The notes below the pieces were generated by a model. The model searched no databases and was not told the origin of the DNA. It was given only the letters and a program-made list of their open reading frames with translations. Both the position numbers and the translations under genes were made by a program. A stretch of DNA of 64,000 bases from a bacterium (GTDB lineage Bacteria > Patescibacteriota > Minisyncoccia > UBA6257 > WO2-44-18). Location: the NCBI GenBank assembly GCA_030646995.1, contig JAUSKF010000005.1, positions 11,323 through 75,322 on the forward strand, read 5' to 3'. This document shows positions 36,156-44,198 of the stretch, one piece after another; position 1 is the stretch's first letter, and each line of letters starts with the position of its first letter.

Positions 36156-36239
36156 AACCGGGCTCAAATAGCCCGGATTTTTTTACCTGTTGCTCAAAAT
36201 TTTCAATTCGCAGAAGCAGAAAATTTTGCGTGCAACAGC

Positions 36240-36296
36240 AATCCTGAGCGCAGCCCGGTGCCAAAATATTTTGGCACCGGGCGTAGCGTAGGATTA
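36240..36296. repeat. Palindromic repeat element copy 2 (inverted orientation relative to copy 1)
   Basis: Same 30-bp core palindrome and flanks as 2624-2680. Lies between convergent 3' ends of the histidine phosphatase gene and arfB. Confidence 0.6.
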
Positions 36297-36321
36297 CCTT
36301 GATGTGCGGCGAAGCTAGTAA

Positions 36322-36726
36322 TTATTCAGAATATTTTACTCTCCGGTTTTGGCGCTTCTCGCTGGTTTTTCGTTTGGAGGTGAGGCGCCTTTCTTTGGAA
36401 CTCTTCGTTGGTTTGGTGGGTTTGCGTTTTTTCTTGATGATTAGAGCTGCGGCGACTAGCTCCTGCAATTTTTCCATCGCGAGTGAGCGGTTTTGCTCTT
36501 GCGAGCGTTTTTTCTGGGCGACCACAATCAACTCACCATCTTGGCTGATTTTATTTTTTAATACTTTTTGAATACGAGATTTTTCTTCATCAGTAAAAGC
36601 CGCCGAGCTTTGAGGCCGCCAGCGCACCTCTACTTTTGTTTCTACTTTGTTTACGTTCTGCCCGCCCGGCCCGCCGGAGCGCGCGAAGCTTTCTGTAATT
36701 TCTTTTTCTGGAACTTTTGAACTCAT
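36322..36726 (-). CDS. arfB: Alternative ribosome-rescue factor ArfB-like peptidyl-tRNA hydrolase (GGQ domain)
   Basis: SGGPGGQNVNKVETKVEVRW GGQ motif plus basic C-terminal tail. 134 aa. Confidence 0.7.
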   Translation of the reverse strand: MSSKVPEKEITESFARSGGPGGQNVNKVETKVEVRWRPQSSAAFTDEEKSRIQKVLKNKISQDGELIVVAQKKRSQEQNRSLAMEKLQELVAAALIIKKKRKPTKPTKSSKERRLTSKRKTSEKRQNRRVKYSE

Positions 36727-36840
36727 GTAGTTATATTATCAGAAACAAAAAATCCCCGGTAAGAATTTTGACAATAGAGTTTTTTGGTGCTATTATTCTT
36801 TTGCCTAGTGGCTAAACCCTAGTCGCTATTGGCTATCTTA

Positions 36841-37153
36841 GGGGATGACGGGCTTCGATAGAAATCTTTCTTCTTCAATTGCAAGTCGAGCTGAACCATC
36901 TCGTAAAACTGGTTCAAAACTTAACTGCTAATCAAAATTTAGCTTTAGCCTACGCTTAACTGCGTTAGCTCATCGGCGGCTTAATGTCTCGTAGGGCCAA
37001 TGCCGGTGTTATATTCGAGGATAAGAAATCGGACTTGAGGCCGGTTCCGATTTACGAAAATTAATGGTCTCGTCGTTCTAATTTATTAGATCTAAACTTG
37101 TAGAAGTTGCTGAAGAAAATTTTTAGATGTGAGTTCAACTCTCACCATCTCCA
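36841..37153 (+). ncRNA. ssrA: tmRNA (SsrA)
   Basis: 5' GGGGATGACGGGCTTCGATAG (tRNA-like acceptor and D analogue). Internal tag ORF GCT AAT CAA AAT TTA GCT TTA GCC TAC GCT TAA (ANQNLALAYA*). 3' T-arm GTGAG-TTCAACT-CTCAC then CATCTCC-A pairing to the 5' end (one G-U). smpB lies 3.5 kb downstream. Confidence 0.75.
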
Positions 37154-37163
37154 CAAAAAGTAG

Positions 37164-37192
37164 ACCGCCCTTCTTGGGCGGTTTTACTTTTT
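37164..37192 (+). terminator. Intrinsic terminator GACCGCCC-TTCTT-GGGCGGT plus T-run, after tmRNA
   Basis: Seen directly. Confidence 0.55.
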
Positions 37193-37388
37193 CTGAGAGT
37201 TGAACAGCCGCACCCCGTGTTGGAAGGATTCGGAAACCAGAAGGTGTCCGAAGCGGGGGTCGGGGTGCGGCGAAGATGTTCAAGGCTGAGCGGAGCGAAT
37301 GCCCCTGCTCTCACCCATAAATTGACTCTAGAAATAAATCGTTCTATTGTTCTTCATAGGAGAACTGATATGAAAATCCTTAAAAAAT

Positions 37389-38462
37389 ATGTTAGATCAC
37401 AACGATAAACCGGGGCTTTACGGGATTGTAAACTCAAACAAAGACTTCACTAACGAGGCCTCTTGGGGCAAGAACCAATTCAATAATACTTTTCCGGCGG
37501 CCTTAGCGAGCTACATGGCGGCCAAAAATTTGACCCTTCCGTATATTAAGCTGGATAAGGATTTTTCTATATATCACGATTCCATTTCGGTTAAGCAACT
37601 ATTCGGAATTGATCCTGCGTCGCCGGAAATATTTTTTTCCTTTGAGTCAGAGTATGAGCCATATAGAGACTTAGTAGAGCAATGGCTGCCGAGAGTGGAT
37701 TTGGTTATAAAAAGAGGATCCAGCGGGCAGCTTGCCGCGCTAAAACCACTCGAGGTAAAGCTAACGGCCCTCCCGGATGACCAAACCTCGTCTTTTGGCG
37801 AAGAAGATTACGGTAGCGAACTAGTTGTAAGGCCTGACACAATCGTTTATCTTGCCCTAAGCATGGCTCATGCCGCGCGAAATAAGAAAGACATATTTGC
37901 AAAGGCCCTCCGGTCTGTATGTGATCAAAAAATTGATTGGACCAAAGAAGCCAAAGTGGAGCCCTTGATACCGAGACTAATCAAGGGGATAGATAAAATC
38001 TTGTTAGAAAATCCAGACTTAGAATCACCGCTCATGATACAACCCATTTGGAAAACCAAGGGGAAGTCGGTGGCTCTCACGGAAAACTGCCTAGATATAT
38101 TTGTTTGGAGTAATTTTGCACTAACAAGATTATTTATAAATCAGACATCGGACAATGGATCGATAACTAGGCCAGAGCGAACGATAGTGTGGTTGGCGAA
38201 AATGCTCCATCAATTTTCCATTAAAGGAAAGATTGACCACCAATTTATCATAGACTCTTACACTTACGGAACGAAGAATGACAAAGCATTTGCTATTGGC
38301 GGTCTCAGAACAAGAGAATATATGCGATCCCCAGAGATAATGAAACCGCGCATTACAAGATCTGAAATTAAAAACATTATTCTTGGTGGCGGAGAAAGAC
38401 TTCTAAGTCCCGAACGACGATTCGATGGCATTGTGCAGAACGCCGTCGACCTATTTTCATAG
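37389..38462 (+). CDS. Putative type II restriction endonuclease (PD-(D/E)xK-like)
   Basis: Convergent and adjacent (5-bp gap) to a C5-cytosine methyltransferase. Candidate catalytic core PRVDLVIK...PLEVKL. No other similarity recognised. Confidence 0.5.
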   Translation: MLDHNDKPGLYGIVNSNKDFTNEASWGKNQFNNTFPAALASYMAAKNLTLPYIKLDKDFSIYHDSISVKQLFGIDPASPEIFFSFESEYEPYRDLVEQWLPRVDLVIKRGSSGQLAALKPLEVKLTALPDDQTSSFGEEDYGSELVVRPDTIVYLALSMAHAARNKKDIFAKALRSVCDQKIDWTKEAKVEPLIPRLIKGIDKILLENPDLESPLMIQPIWKTKGKSVALTENCLDIFVWSNFALTRLFINQTSDNGSITRPERTIVWLAKMLHQFSIKGKIDHQFIIDSYTYGTKNDKAFAIGGLRTREYMRSPEIMKPRITRSEIKNIILGGGERLLSPERRFDGIVQNAVDLFS

Positions 38463-38467
38463 ACGGA

Positions 38468-39436
38468 CTAGGCGAAAACCGCAATCTTCCTTTTATTAAT
38501 AGGGGTAGCTGATGCAGCTTCGGGCGTGCCATTTTGAATAAACTCTTTCAGTACCCCAGCGATAAATCTTGCTAAATTTACAGGAACTGCATTGCCGATT
38601 TGCTGCTCAACTTCTGTTCTCGATCCTTCAAATACAAACTTTTTTGGAAAGGTTTGAACTCTTGCTCTTTCGTGTGTCGTAAGAGGACGAACTTTACTTA
38701 GATCTTTTACGTAATCAAGAGAATGCCCCGGGTATCCTTTTGCCACGGGCCGATTTACGCCCCTTATCGTGGGGCTCGGCTCATCGATACTGAAAACCGC
38801 ACGACGATTATAATTTCTTGGATGGCGATAATAATACTCAATACCTAGTTCATTGCCAAAATACTCCCGCATCGTCATTGATTGCTCGCTCATTCTCGCT
38901 TCTATGATCGGCAAAGCGAAGCCATCTTTGGCATTAAGCGCCCCAATCATAAAAAATCTTTTGCGTTTTTGTGGTACTCCGCAGAAACTTGCGTCAAGAA
39001 TCTTTTCGGTTAAACCGTATCCGGCCTTTTTAAAAATAGCACGCGCCTCTACAAGTTTTCCTGATTTGGTAATTTGATCTACGTTCTCCATTAGAAACCA
39101 TTTTGGTTTTATTCCAGCAATAATTTTCGCATAGGACACGGAAAGGCCAGCTCTCCCCCCGTCCTCATCCCTTTTCCCGGCATGCGAAAAATCTTGGCAG
39201 GGTGGTCCACCAACTATTAAATCTGGCTTCATCTCTTTTAACGCACCTACACTTTTAGGAACGTTTGCCAAATCTAGGTCGAAAATTTCATGGTCGGTAA
39301 AATTCTTCCGATAAGTTGCTACGGCGGGCTCCCAATTATCCACTGCTCCAACTAAAGTAAACCCAGCCTGTTTAAAGCCTAGAGAGAGCCCCCCGCATCC
39401 AGCAAATAAGTCGATTGTTCTGATTTGTTTTTTCAT
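38468..39436 (-). CDS. dcm: DNA (cytosine-5)-methyltransferase
   Basis: Motif I DLFAGCGG, motif IV GGPPCQDFS, motif VI ENV, motif X GNAVPV. 322 aa. Confidence 0.9.
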   Translation of the reverse strand: MKKQIRTIDLFAGCGGLSLGFKQAGFTLVGAVDNWEPAVATYRKNFTDHEIFDLDLANVPKSVGALKEMKPDLIVGGPPCQDFSHAGKRDEDGGRAGLSVSYAKIIAGIKPKWFLMENVDQITKSGKLVEARAIFKKAGYGLTEKILDASFCGVPQKRKRFFMIGALNAKDGFALPIIEARMSEQSMTMREYFGNELGIEYYYRHPRNYNRRAVFSIDEPSPTIRGVNRPVAKGYPGHSLDYVKDLSKVRPLTTHERARVQTFPKKFVFEGSRTEVEQQIGNAVPVNLARFIAGVLKEFIQNGTPEAASATPINKRKIAVFA

Positions 39437-39458
39437 ATATTACTATGAGTTCATTATA

Positions 39459-40094
39459 TCAATCCCGCGCCTTCTTAATTACATCTATGACCATTCCGCT
39501 GATTTGATAGTCATCGTCCTCATGAATAAATATCGGGAAAAATTGCTGAGTTGATTCTGACTCTAGAACTATCCTCTTGTTTAGTTTGTCTACTAAAAAC
39601 TTTTTTATATTAGCCATTCCATCAATGACTGATACAACATATTCTCCTGAGTTAGGGTTTGCACTGCTTCCGTCAACGACAACGAAATCCCCATCTTCTA
39701 TATTCTTTTTAAATCGGCCTACTTTCGCTTTATTCATAGAGACCCCATTTGCCTGCAAAACAAACAAACGGCTTCCTATTGGGATAAACTTTTTAGAAAC
39801 CCTTAAATAACCGACTACGTTGGGATCGGCAAAAATTGTTGCCGGACCGCAGTTGGCCGATCCGACTATCGGCAAAGAAACCAAGTCACCCTCTTTAGAT
39901 ACGCTTGGCGAAATGCGAATTGATCGGCTGTGTGAGTCATATGAGATAAAACCTTTCTTGGCCAACTGAGAGAGGTGATGTTTGATCTTTTGTGCTGACT
40001 TCTCGCCAATCAAATCCCCGATGCCTCGGAGGGTAAAACCAGAAAGATCCTTTTCTTGTATAAATTTTAATAGCTTTTCCTGAGTTTCATGCAT
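39459..40094 (-). CDS. lexA: LexA/CI-like S24 self-cleaving repressor
   Basis: N-terminal winged HTH, Ala-Gly-like cleavage region (VGSANCGPA), Ser nucleophile GVSM and Lys (ANIKKF). 211 aa. Twenty-two bp upstream of the methylase gene on the same strand. Confidence 0.8.
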   Translation of the reverse strand: MHETQEKLLKFIQEKDLSGFTLRGIGDLIGEKSAQKIKHHLSQLAKKGFISYDSHSRSIRISPSVSKEGDLVSLPIVGSANCGPATIFADPNVVGYLRVSKKFIPIGSRLFVLQANGVSMNKAKVGRFKKNIEDGDFVVVDGSSANPNSGEYVVSVIDGMANIKKFLVDKLNKRIVLESESTQQFFPIFIHEDDDYQISGMVIDVIKKARD

Positions 40095-40444
40095 GAAGTT
40101 AGTATATCATATCGTCAAAAGTTATCAACATATAATCAACACTTTATTAAACGTTGATAGAGTTGACAAAGATAACCTAATAGCCGAAAATTAATCTTGA
40201 GAACAGTCTCCTGCCGACTCGCCACGAAGTCGGGTAGCGCTGGCGGCGATCGACTGCCTGATGAATTAATAAAGTGGCGAGGGATTATGAAGTTCGAAGA
40301 ACGACAAATGCCCCGGCGAGGGGGCACTTGGATTGAATGCCTGCTTATATTTTTACTCTTCAAGAATAGCCCTGAATGGTTGAGAGGGTCAAGGTGATCC
40401 TTCTCCACAGTCGTCTTCGTTATAAGTAATTCCTCTTAGTTTAT

Positions 40445-40681
40445 ATGCGGACCATAATTCACGTAGTTCCCCACAGAGGTGGTTTAACCATCCGTTGGGG
40501 AGTGAAGTACGCTAACGGCCTAACCTATTTGCATATTAATGCAGACAAAGTTGCGGCTGTAGCATACGCGTTGTCTTTGGCAAAGAATCTCCGACCTTCA
40601 CAGGTTAAAATCCATCGTCATGATGGAGTAATCCAGGAAGAAAGGACTTTCGGCCAAGATCCGGAAAGGTATCTAGGTTAA
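40445..40681 (+). CDS. DUF2188-like small protein
   Basis: IHVVPHRGG..W.V......YLH.NADKVAAVAYALSLA...QVKIHRHDGVIQEERTFGQDP matches the DUF2188 pattern as recalled. Confidence 0.5.
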   Translation: MRTIIHVVPHRGGLTIRWGVKYANGLTYLHINADKVAAVAYALSLAKNLRPSQVKIHRHDGVIQEERTFGQDPERYLG

Positions 40682-40696
40682 TATTGGTGAGCAGGC

Positions 40697-40728
40697 AACC
40701 GCCCCCATCGTCGGGGGCGGTTTTAGTT
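40697..40728. terminator. Intrinsic terminator AACCGCCCCC-ATCG-TCGGGGGCGGTT plus T-run (bidirectional; ends the DUF2188 gene on + and smpB on -)
   Basis: Seen directly. Confidence 0.55.
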
Positions 40729-40731
40729 TAT

Positions 40732-41175
40732 TTAGTTCTTCGCTCTCCGCATTTCTCGGCCGACTTCGCGTTTCTTTATTGTTTCCCGTTTTTCGTATTG
40801 CTTCTTGCCGCGGGCGAGGCCCAGTTCAACTTTTACCAGATTTTTTTTCGTATACATTTTCAGCGGCAGAAGAGTCAGCCGTTCGGACTGCATCTTGGTA
40901 ATAAGATAAAGGATCTCTTTCTTATTCAGCAATAAGCGGCGCGGGCGGGTGTGGTTGTAGCCCTCGGGGGTGTTGGCGGATTGATAAGGAGGGATGTCGG
41001 CATTCGTCAGCCAGATTTCTCCTCCGCGGATGGTCGCAAAAACTCCCACCAGATTAGCGTGGCCGGCTTTTATCGATTTCACCTCAAAACCCAGAAGCTC
41101 AATTCCAGCCTCAAAAGTCTCGAGAATCTCGTAATTGAAGAAGGCTTTTTTGTTTTCCGCTAACGCCTGCGCCAT
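40732..41175 (-). CDS. smpB: SsrA-binding protein SmpB
   Basis: Typical SmpB sequence (NKKAFFNYEILETFEAGIEL.G.EVKS...) with basic C-terminal tail. Confidence 0.9.
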   Translation of the reverse strand: MAQALAENKKAFFNYEILETFEAGIELLGFEVKSIKAGHANLVGVFATIRGGEIWLTNADIPPYQSANTPEGYNHTRPRRLLLNKKEILYLITKMQSERLTLLPLKMYTKKNLVKVELGLARGKKQYEKRETIKKREVGREMRRAKN

Positions 41176-41222
41176 TTTTTGATTATACTATGATAAGAAT
41201 AAGTAATAAGGAATAGAGAGAT

Positions 41223-42821
41223 ATGATTGAGCAAATCTACAAGCTTATAAAAGGAATAGTCGGCGAAGGCCCGAAGTTTAACGTAACGCCTTCCGAAAAG
41301 CCGGAATTCGGTCATTATGCGACCAACGTGGCTTTTATGGTCAAAGAAGACCCAGCGGTTTTGGTTGAAAAGTTGTTAGTCGTTGGTCGTGGGTTATTTT
41401 CCAAAGTTTCTGCCACGGGAAAGTTTATAAATTTTTGGATATCGCCCGAAGCTTTCCGCTTAGAGTTGAAAAATATTTTAAGCCAAGGGAAAAGCTATGG
41501 AGATTCAAAGATGGGCGGCGGTAAGCGAGTTCAGCTGGAATTTATTTCCGCTAACCCGACCGGCCCGCTCACGATGGCGAACGGCCGCGGTGGATTTTTA
41601 GGTGACGCGCTCGCTAATGTGCTGGAAAAATCGGGATACAGCGTGGAAAAAGAATATTATGTGAACGACGCCGGCAATCAGGTGCGTTTGCTTGGCGAAA
41701 GCATTTTGGCGATCGCCGGGAAAGTTGAGCCGGCGGAAAACCACTATAAGGGGGCCTACGTGAAAGATCTGGCGAAAGATTTGGATAAGGAAGTGCAAAA
41801 AGGAATCAATTCTGCCGATCTTGGGCGTTTAGCGGCAAACGTTTTGCTTCAGGGTGTTAAACAATCTGTTAAACAAGCCGGAATAAATTTTGATCATTGG
41901 TTCTCGGAATATGAAAATCTGCACCAGAAAGGAGAATTGAAAAAGACTTTGGAGTTTTTGGAGAAGGGCGGATTGGTTTTAGAACATGATGGAGCCAAAT
42001 GGTTGAAGGGTGGCACCGAGGAAGAGCAAAAAGACCGCGTGCTAGTGAAGTCCGACGGCCAGCCGACTTATTTTCTAGCTGACTTGGCTTATCACTATGA
42101 TAAATTCATCCGCCGGAAATTTGAGGAGGCGATTGTGATTTGGGGCGCCGATCATCATGGATATGTGGCTCGCTTAAAATCGGGTGTGGCGGCTTTGGGA
42201 GTGGACCCGAAAAATTTAAAAGTAATTCTCGCCCAGTTGGTGAGGCTTATTGAAGATGGCAAAGAAGTGAAGATGTCTAAGCGCTCGGGCGAGTTTATTA
42301 CCCTAGACGAATTGCTGGCGGAGGTAGGGAAAGATGCTGCCCGATTCTTTTTCTTGATGCACAATCCGGAAACGCATATGGATTTTGATATGACGCTTGC
42401 CAAAGAACGGTCACAGAAAAATCCGGTTTACTATGCGCAATATGCGGCAGTCCGGTGCGCGAGTATTTTAGGGAAAGTCAGTATTGCGCACCGAGTATTA
42501 AGTATTTTGTATAAAGTATTCAGTATATCGAAGGGAGACAATTTATCTTTATTGAAAGCGGAGAGTGAAATGAATCTAATGAAAGAGCTGGCGAAATTTC
42601 CGGACTTGGTTTTGCAGACCGCCAAAGATTATCAGGTCAGCCGCTTGGCGCGATATTCTTTGGAAGTCGCCCGGGCGCTGAATAATTTTTATGAAAAAGA
42701 GCATGTGCTGGTTGCCGATAGAGGATTGATGCGCGCGCGCCTGGCTTTAGTGAAGGCAACGCGAATAGTTTTGGAAAATACTTTAGGCTTACTCGGAGTT
42801 TCCATTCCGGCGAAGATGTAG
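41223..42821 (+). CDS. argS: Arginine--tRNA ligase
   Basis: FISANPTGPLTMANGRG (HIGH-region analogue), DALA motif, C-terminal anticodon-binding domain ending ...PAKM. Confidence 0.9.
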   Translation: MIEQIYKLIKGIVGEGPKFNVTPSEKPEFGHYATNVAFMVKEDPAVLVEKLLVVGRGLFSKVSATGKFINFWISPEAFRLELKNILSQGKSYGDSKMGGGKRVQLEFISANPTGPLTMANGRGGFLGDALANVLEKSGYSVEKEYYVNDAGNQVRLLGESILAIAGKVEPAENHYKGAYVKDLAKDLDKEVQKGINSADLGRLAANVLLQGVKQSVKQAGINFDHWFSEYENLHQKGELKKTLEFLEKGGLVLEHDGAKWLKGGTEEEQKDRVLVKSDGQPTYFLADLAYHYDKFIRRKFEEAIVIWGADHHGYVARLKSGVAALGVDPKNLKVILAQLVRLIEDGKEVKMSKRSGEFITLDELLAEVGKDAARFFFLMHNPETHMDFDMTLAKERSQKNPVYYAQYAAVRCASILGKVSIAHRVLSILYKVFSISKGDNLSLLKAESEMNLMKELAKFPDLVLQTAKDYQVSRLARYSLEVARALNNFYEKEHVLVADRGLMRARLALVKATRIVLENTLGLLGVSIPAKM

Positions 42822-42854
42822 TAATTTGTTAACAGAACTTTTGAGGAGTCTCCA

Positions 42855-43139
42855 ATGATTTTTCTGATGGTGATTCTTGTGTGGGGCCTTTTCGGTTTTC
42901 TGGCCTACGGACTTGATAAGGGTAAGTACCGAGATCAGCTTCGCCGCGCAGAAATGAAAGCTTCTAATTATGGGCAAGCTGGCCGAGATGAAATCCGGCA
43001 TTGGATAGTCGGACTAATGGGGCCGATTTGGTTGGCGGCGTTGATGATCAGTTTGGTTGAATTGTGTTTTTTACAGAAGGATTTGAGATTTTGGAAGTAC
43101 TTGTTTTTTTGCCTGAAGCTACCAAAAGAATTGAAATAG
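42855..43139 (+). CDS. Small membrane protein, hypothetical
   Basis: Two TM helices. Terminator AACCCCC-GATTTCTT-GGGGG plus T-run at about 43185-43215. Confidence 0.35.
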   Translation: MIFLMVILVWGLFGFLAYGLDKGKYRDQLRRAEMKASNYGQAGRDEIRHWIVGLMGPIWLAALMISLVELCFLQKDLRFWKYLFFCLKLPKELK

Positions 43140-43253
43140 CTCGACCCATTCGACGAGTTAAGGTCAAGCTGGCTCATTATAAATAAAAACCCCCGATTTC
43201 TTGGGGGATTTTTGTTTTCATTGCCCACTATACCCTATTGGCTTTTGGCTATT

Positions 43254-44120
43254 CTATTTGAATCGTAGCATCAGACCGAGGCCAAGTTCTTTTCGGTCAG
43301 ACGTGCCGGCTCTAGTATAGCCGGCGTCGGCGAATACCCAAATGCCTTTGTAAATCTTTACATCCAACTCGGCTGTGATTCCGTATCTGTCCGAGCCTTC
43401 GGAAAACATCCAGAACGGTTTGAGGTGGAGTTCAGCCCGATTATCATAGGTAAAATCAATCGGAAGTTCCAGGGCGGCGAAAGCACAACTCTCTTCTCGG
43501 CTGTACAACTCTTTGATTGCTGATGGCTCGCGGTTGTTCACGAAGAGCTTCGGTTTCAGCTGAAACTTCAACTGCCACTCATCTCCTCGGAGAAATCCCG
43601 GCCCTTTAAGTTTTAGGAAGTCGATCTCCGCGAACAGCCAGTCTTTAGACTTCCCTCCGACGCCTTTGAATTTCGCGTCGGCGTTGTGCCAGCTGTGATG
43701 GCCATAGCCAATCCTGAAGCGTTCATTCAACTCATCTCCCAGAAAGAAAGCGCTTATCTTCGCTTCCGCGTCCAGTCCGACTCGGGAGATTTGATTTTCC
43801 CTCGAAACCCAGAAATATGGGTAAGCCTTGATGTGAAAATACTTGCAGACTGCCGCATTGGCGACCAATCCAATCTCTTCATCCGCATGATCATCGTTGC
43901 CGCGGTAGTCCAGCTTGATCTGATCAGGCTCATCATTAATCAGGAATTGCTTTACTCGAACTTCGCCGCTTAGTTCGAAAATAGAGGATTCTTCCTTTTC
44001 CGGTGCCTGCCTGTCCGGTAGGCTGGGCTCTTCAGCGTAAGTCTGACTGATCAAAAAGAAGAAGGTAATAACTGCCAGAATTTTTTTCACGGGGCCTCTT
44101 CCTATAAAACAACTGACCAC
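43254..44120 (-). CDS. Secreted hypothetical protein with alternating amphipathic beta-strand pattern (possible beta-barrel or surface protein)
   Basis: Signal peptide KKILAVITFFFLISQTYA. The likely true start is the GTG at 44090, preceded by GGAAGAGG. Confidence 0.45.
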   Translation of the reverse strand: MVSCFIGRGPVKKILAVITFFFLISQTYAEEPSLPDRQAPEKEESSIFELSGEVRVKQFLINDEPDQIKLDYRGNDDHADEEIGLVANAAVCKYFHIKAYPYFWVSRENQISRVGLDAEAKISAFFLGDELNERFRIGYGHHSWHNADAKFKGVGGKSKDWLFAEIDFLKLKGPGFLRGDEWQLKFQLKPKLFVNNREPSAIKELYSREESCAFAALELPIDFTYDNRAELHLKPFWMFSEGSDRYGITAELDVKIYKGIWVFADAGYTRAGTSDRKELGLGLMLRFK

Positions 44121-44198
44121 ATCTTAGATGTTTACGGGTGGTAATGTCAACCGAATTTCTATATATTATGTAGGTAACCTGCACACATAAAGCTATGT

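Noticed and set aside
40136-40408. 90-aa minus-strand ORF and 66-aa plus-strand ORF in the lexA/DUF2188 intergenic stretch
   Set aside because: No SD for the long forms and composition-driven. Only the internal 36-codon ORF with an SD is retained as a low-confidence possibility.
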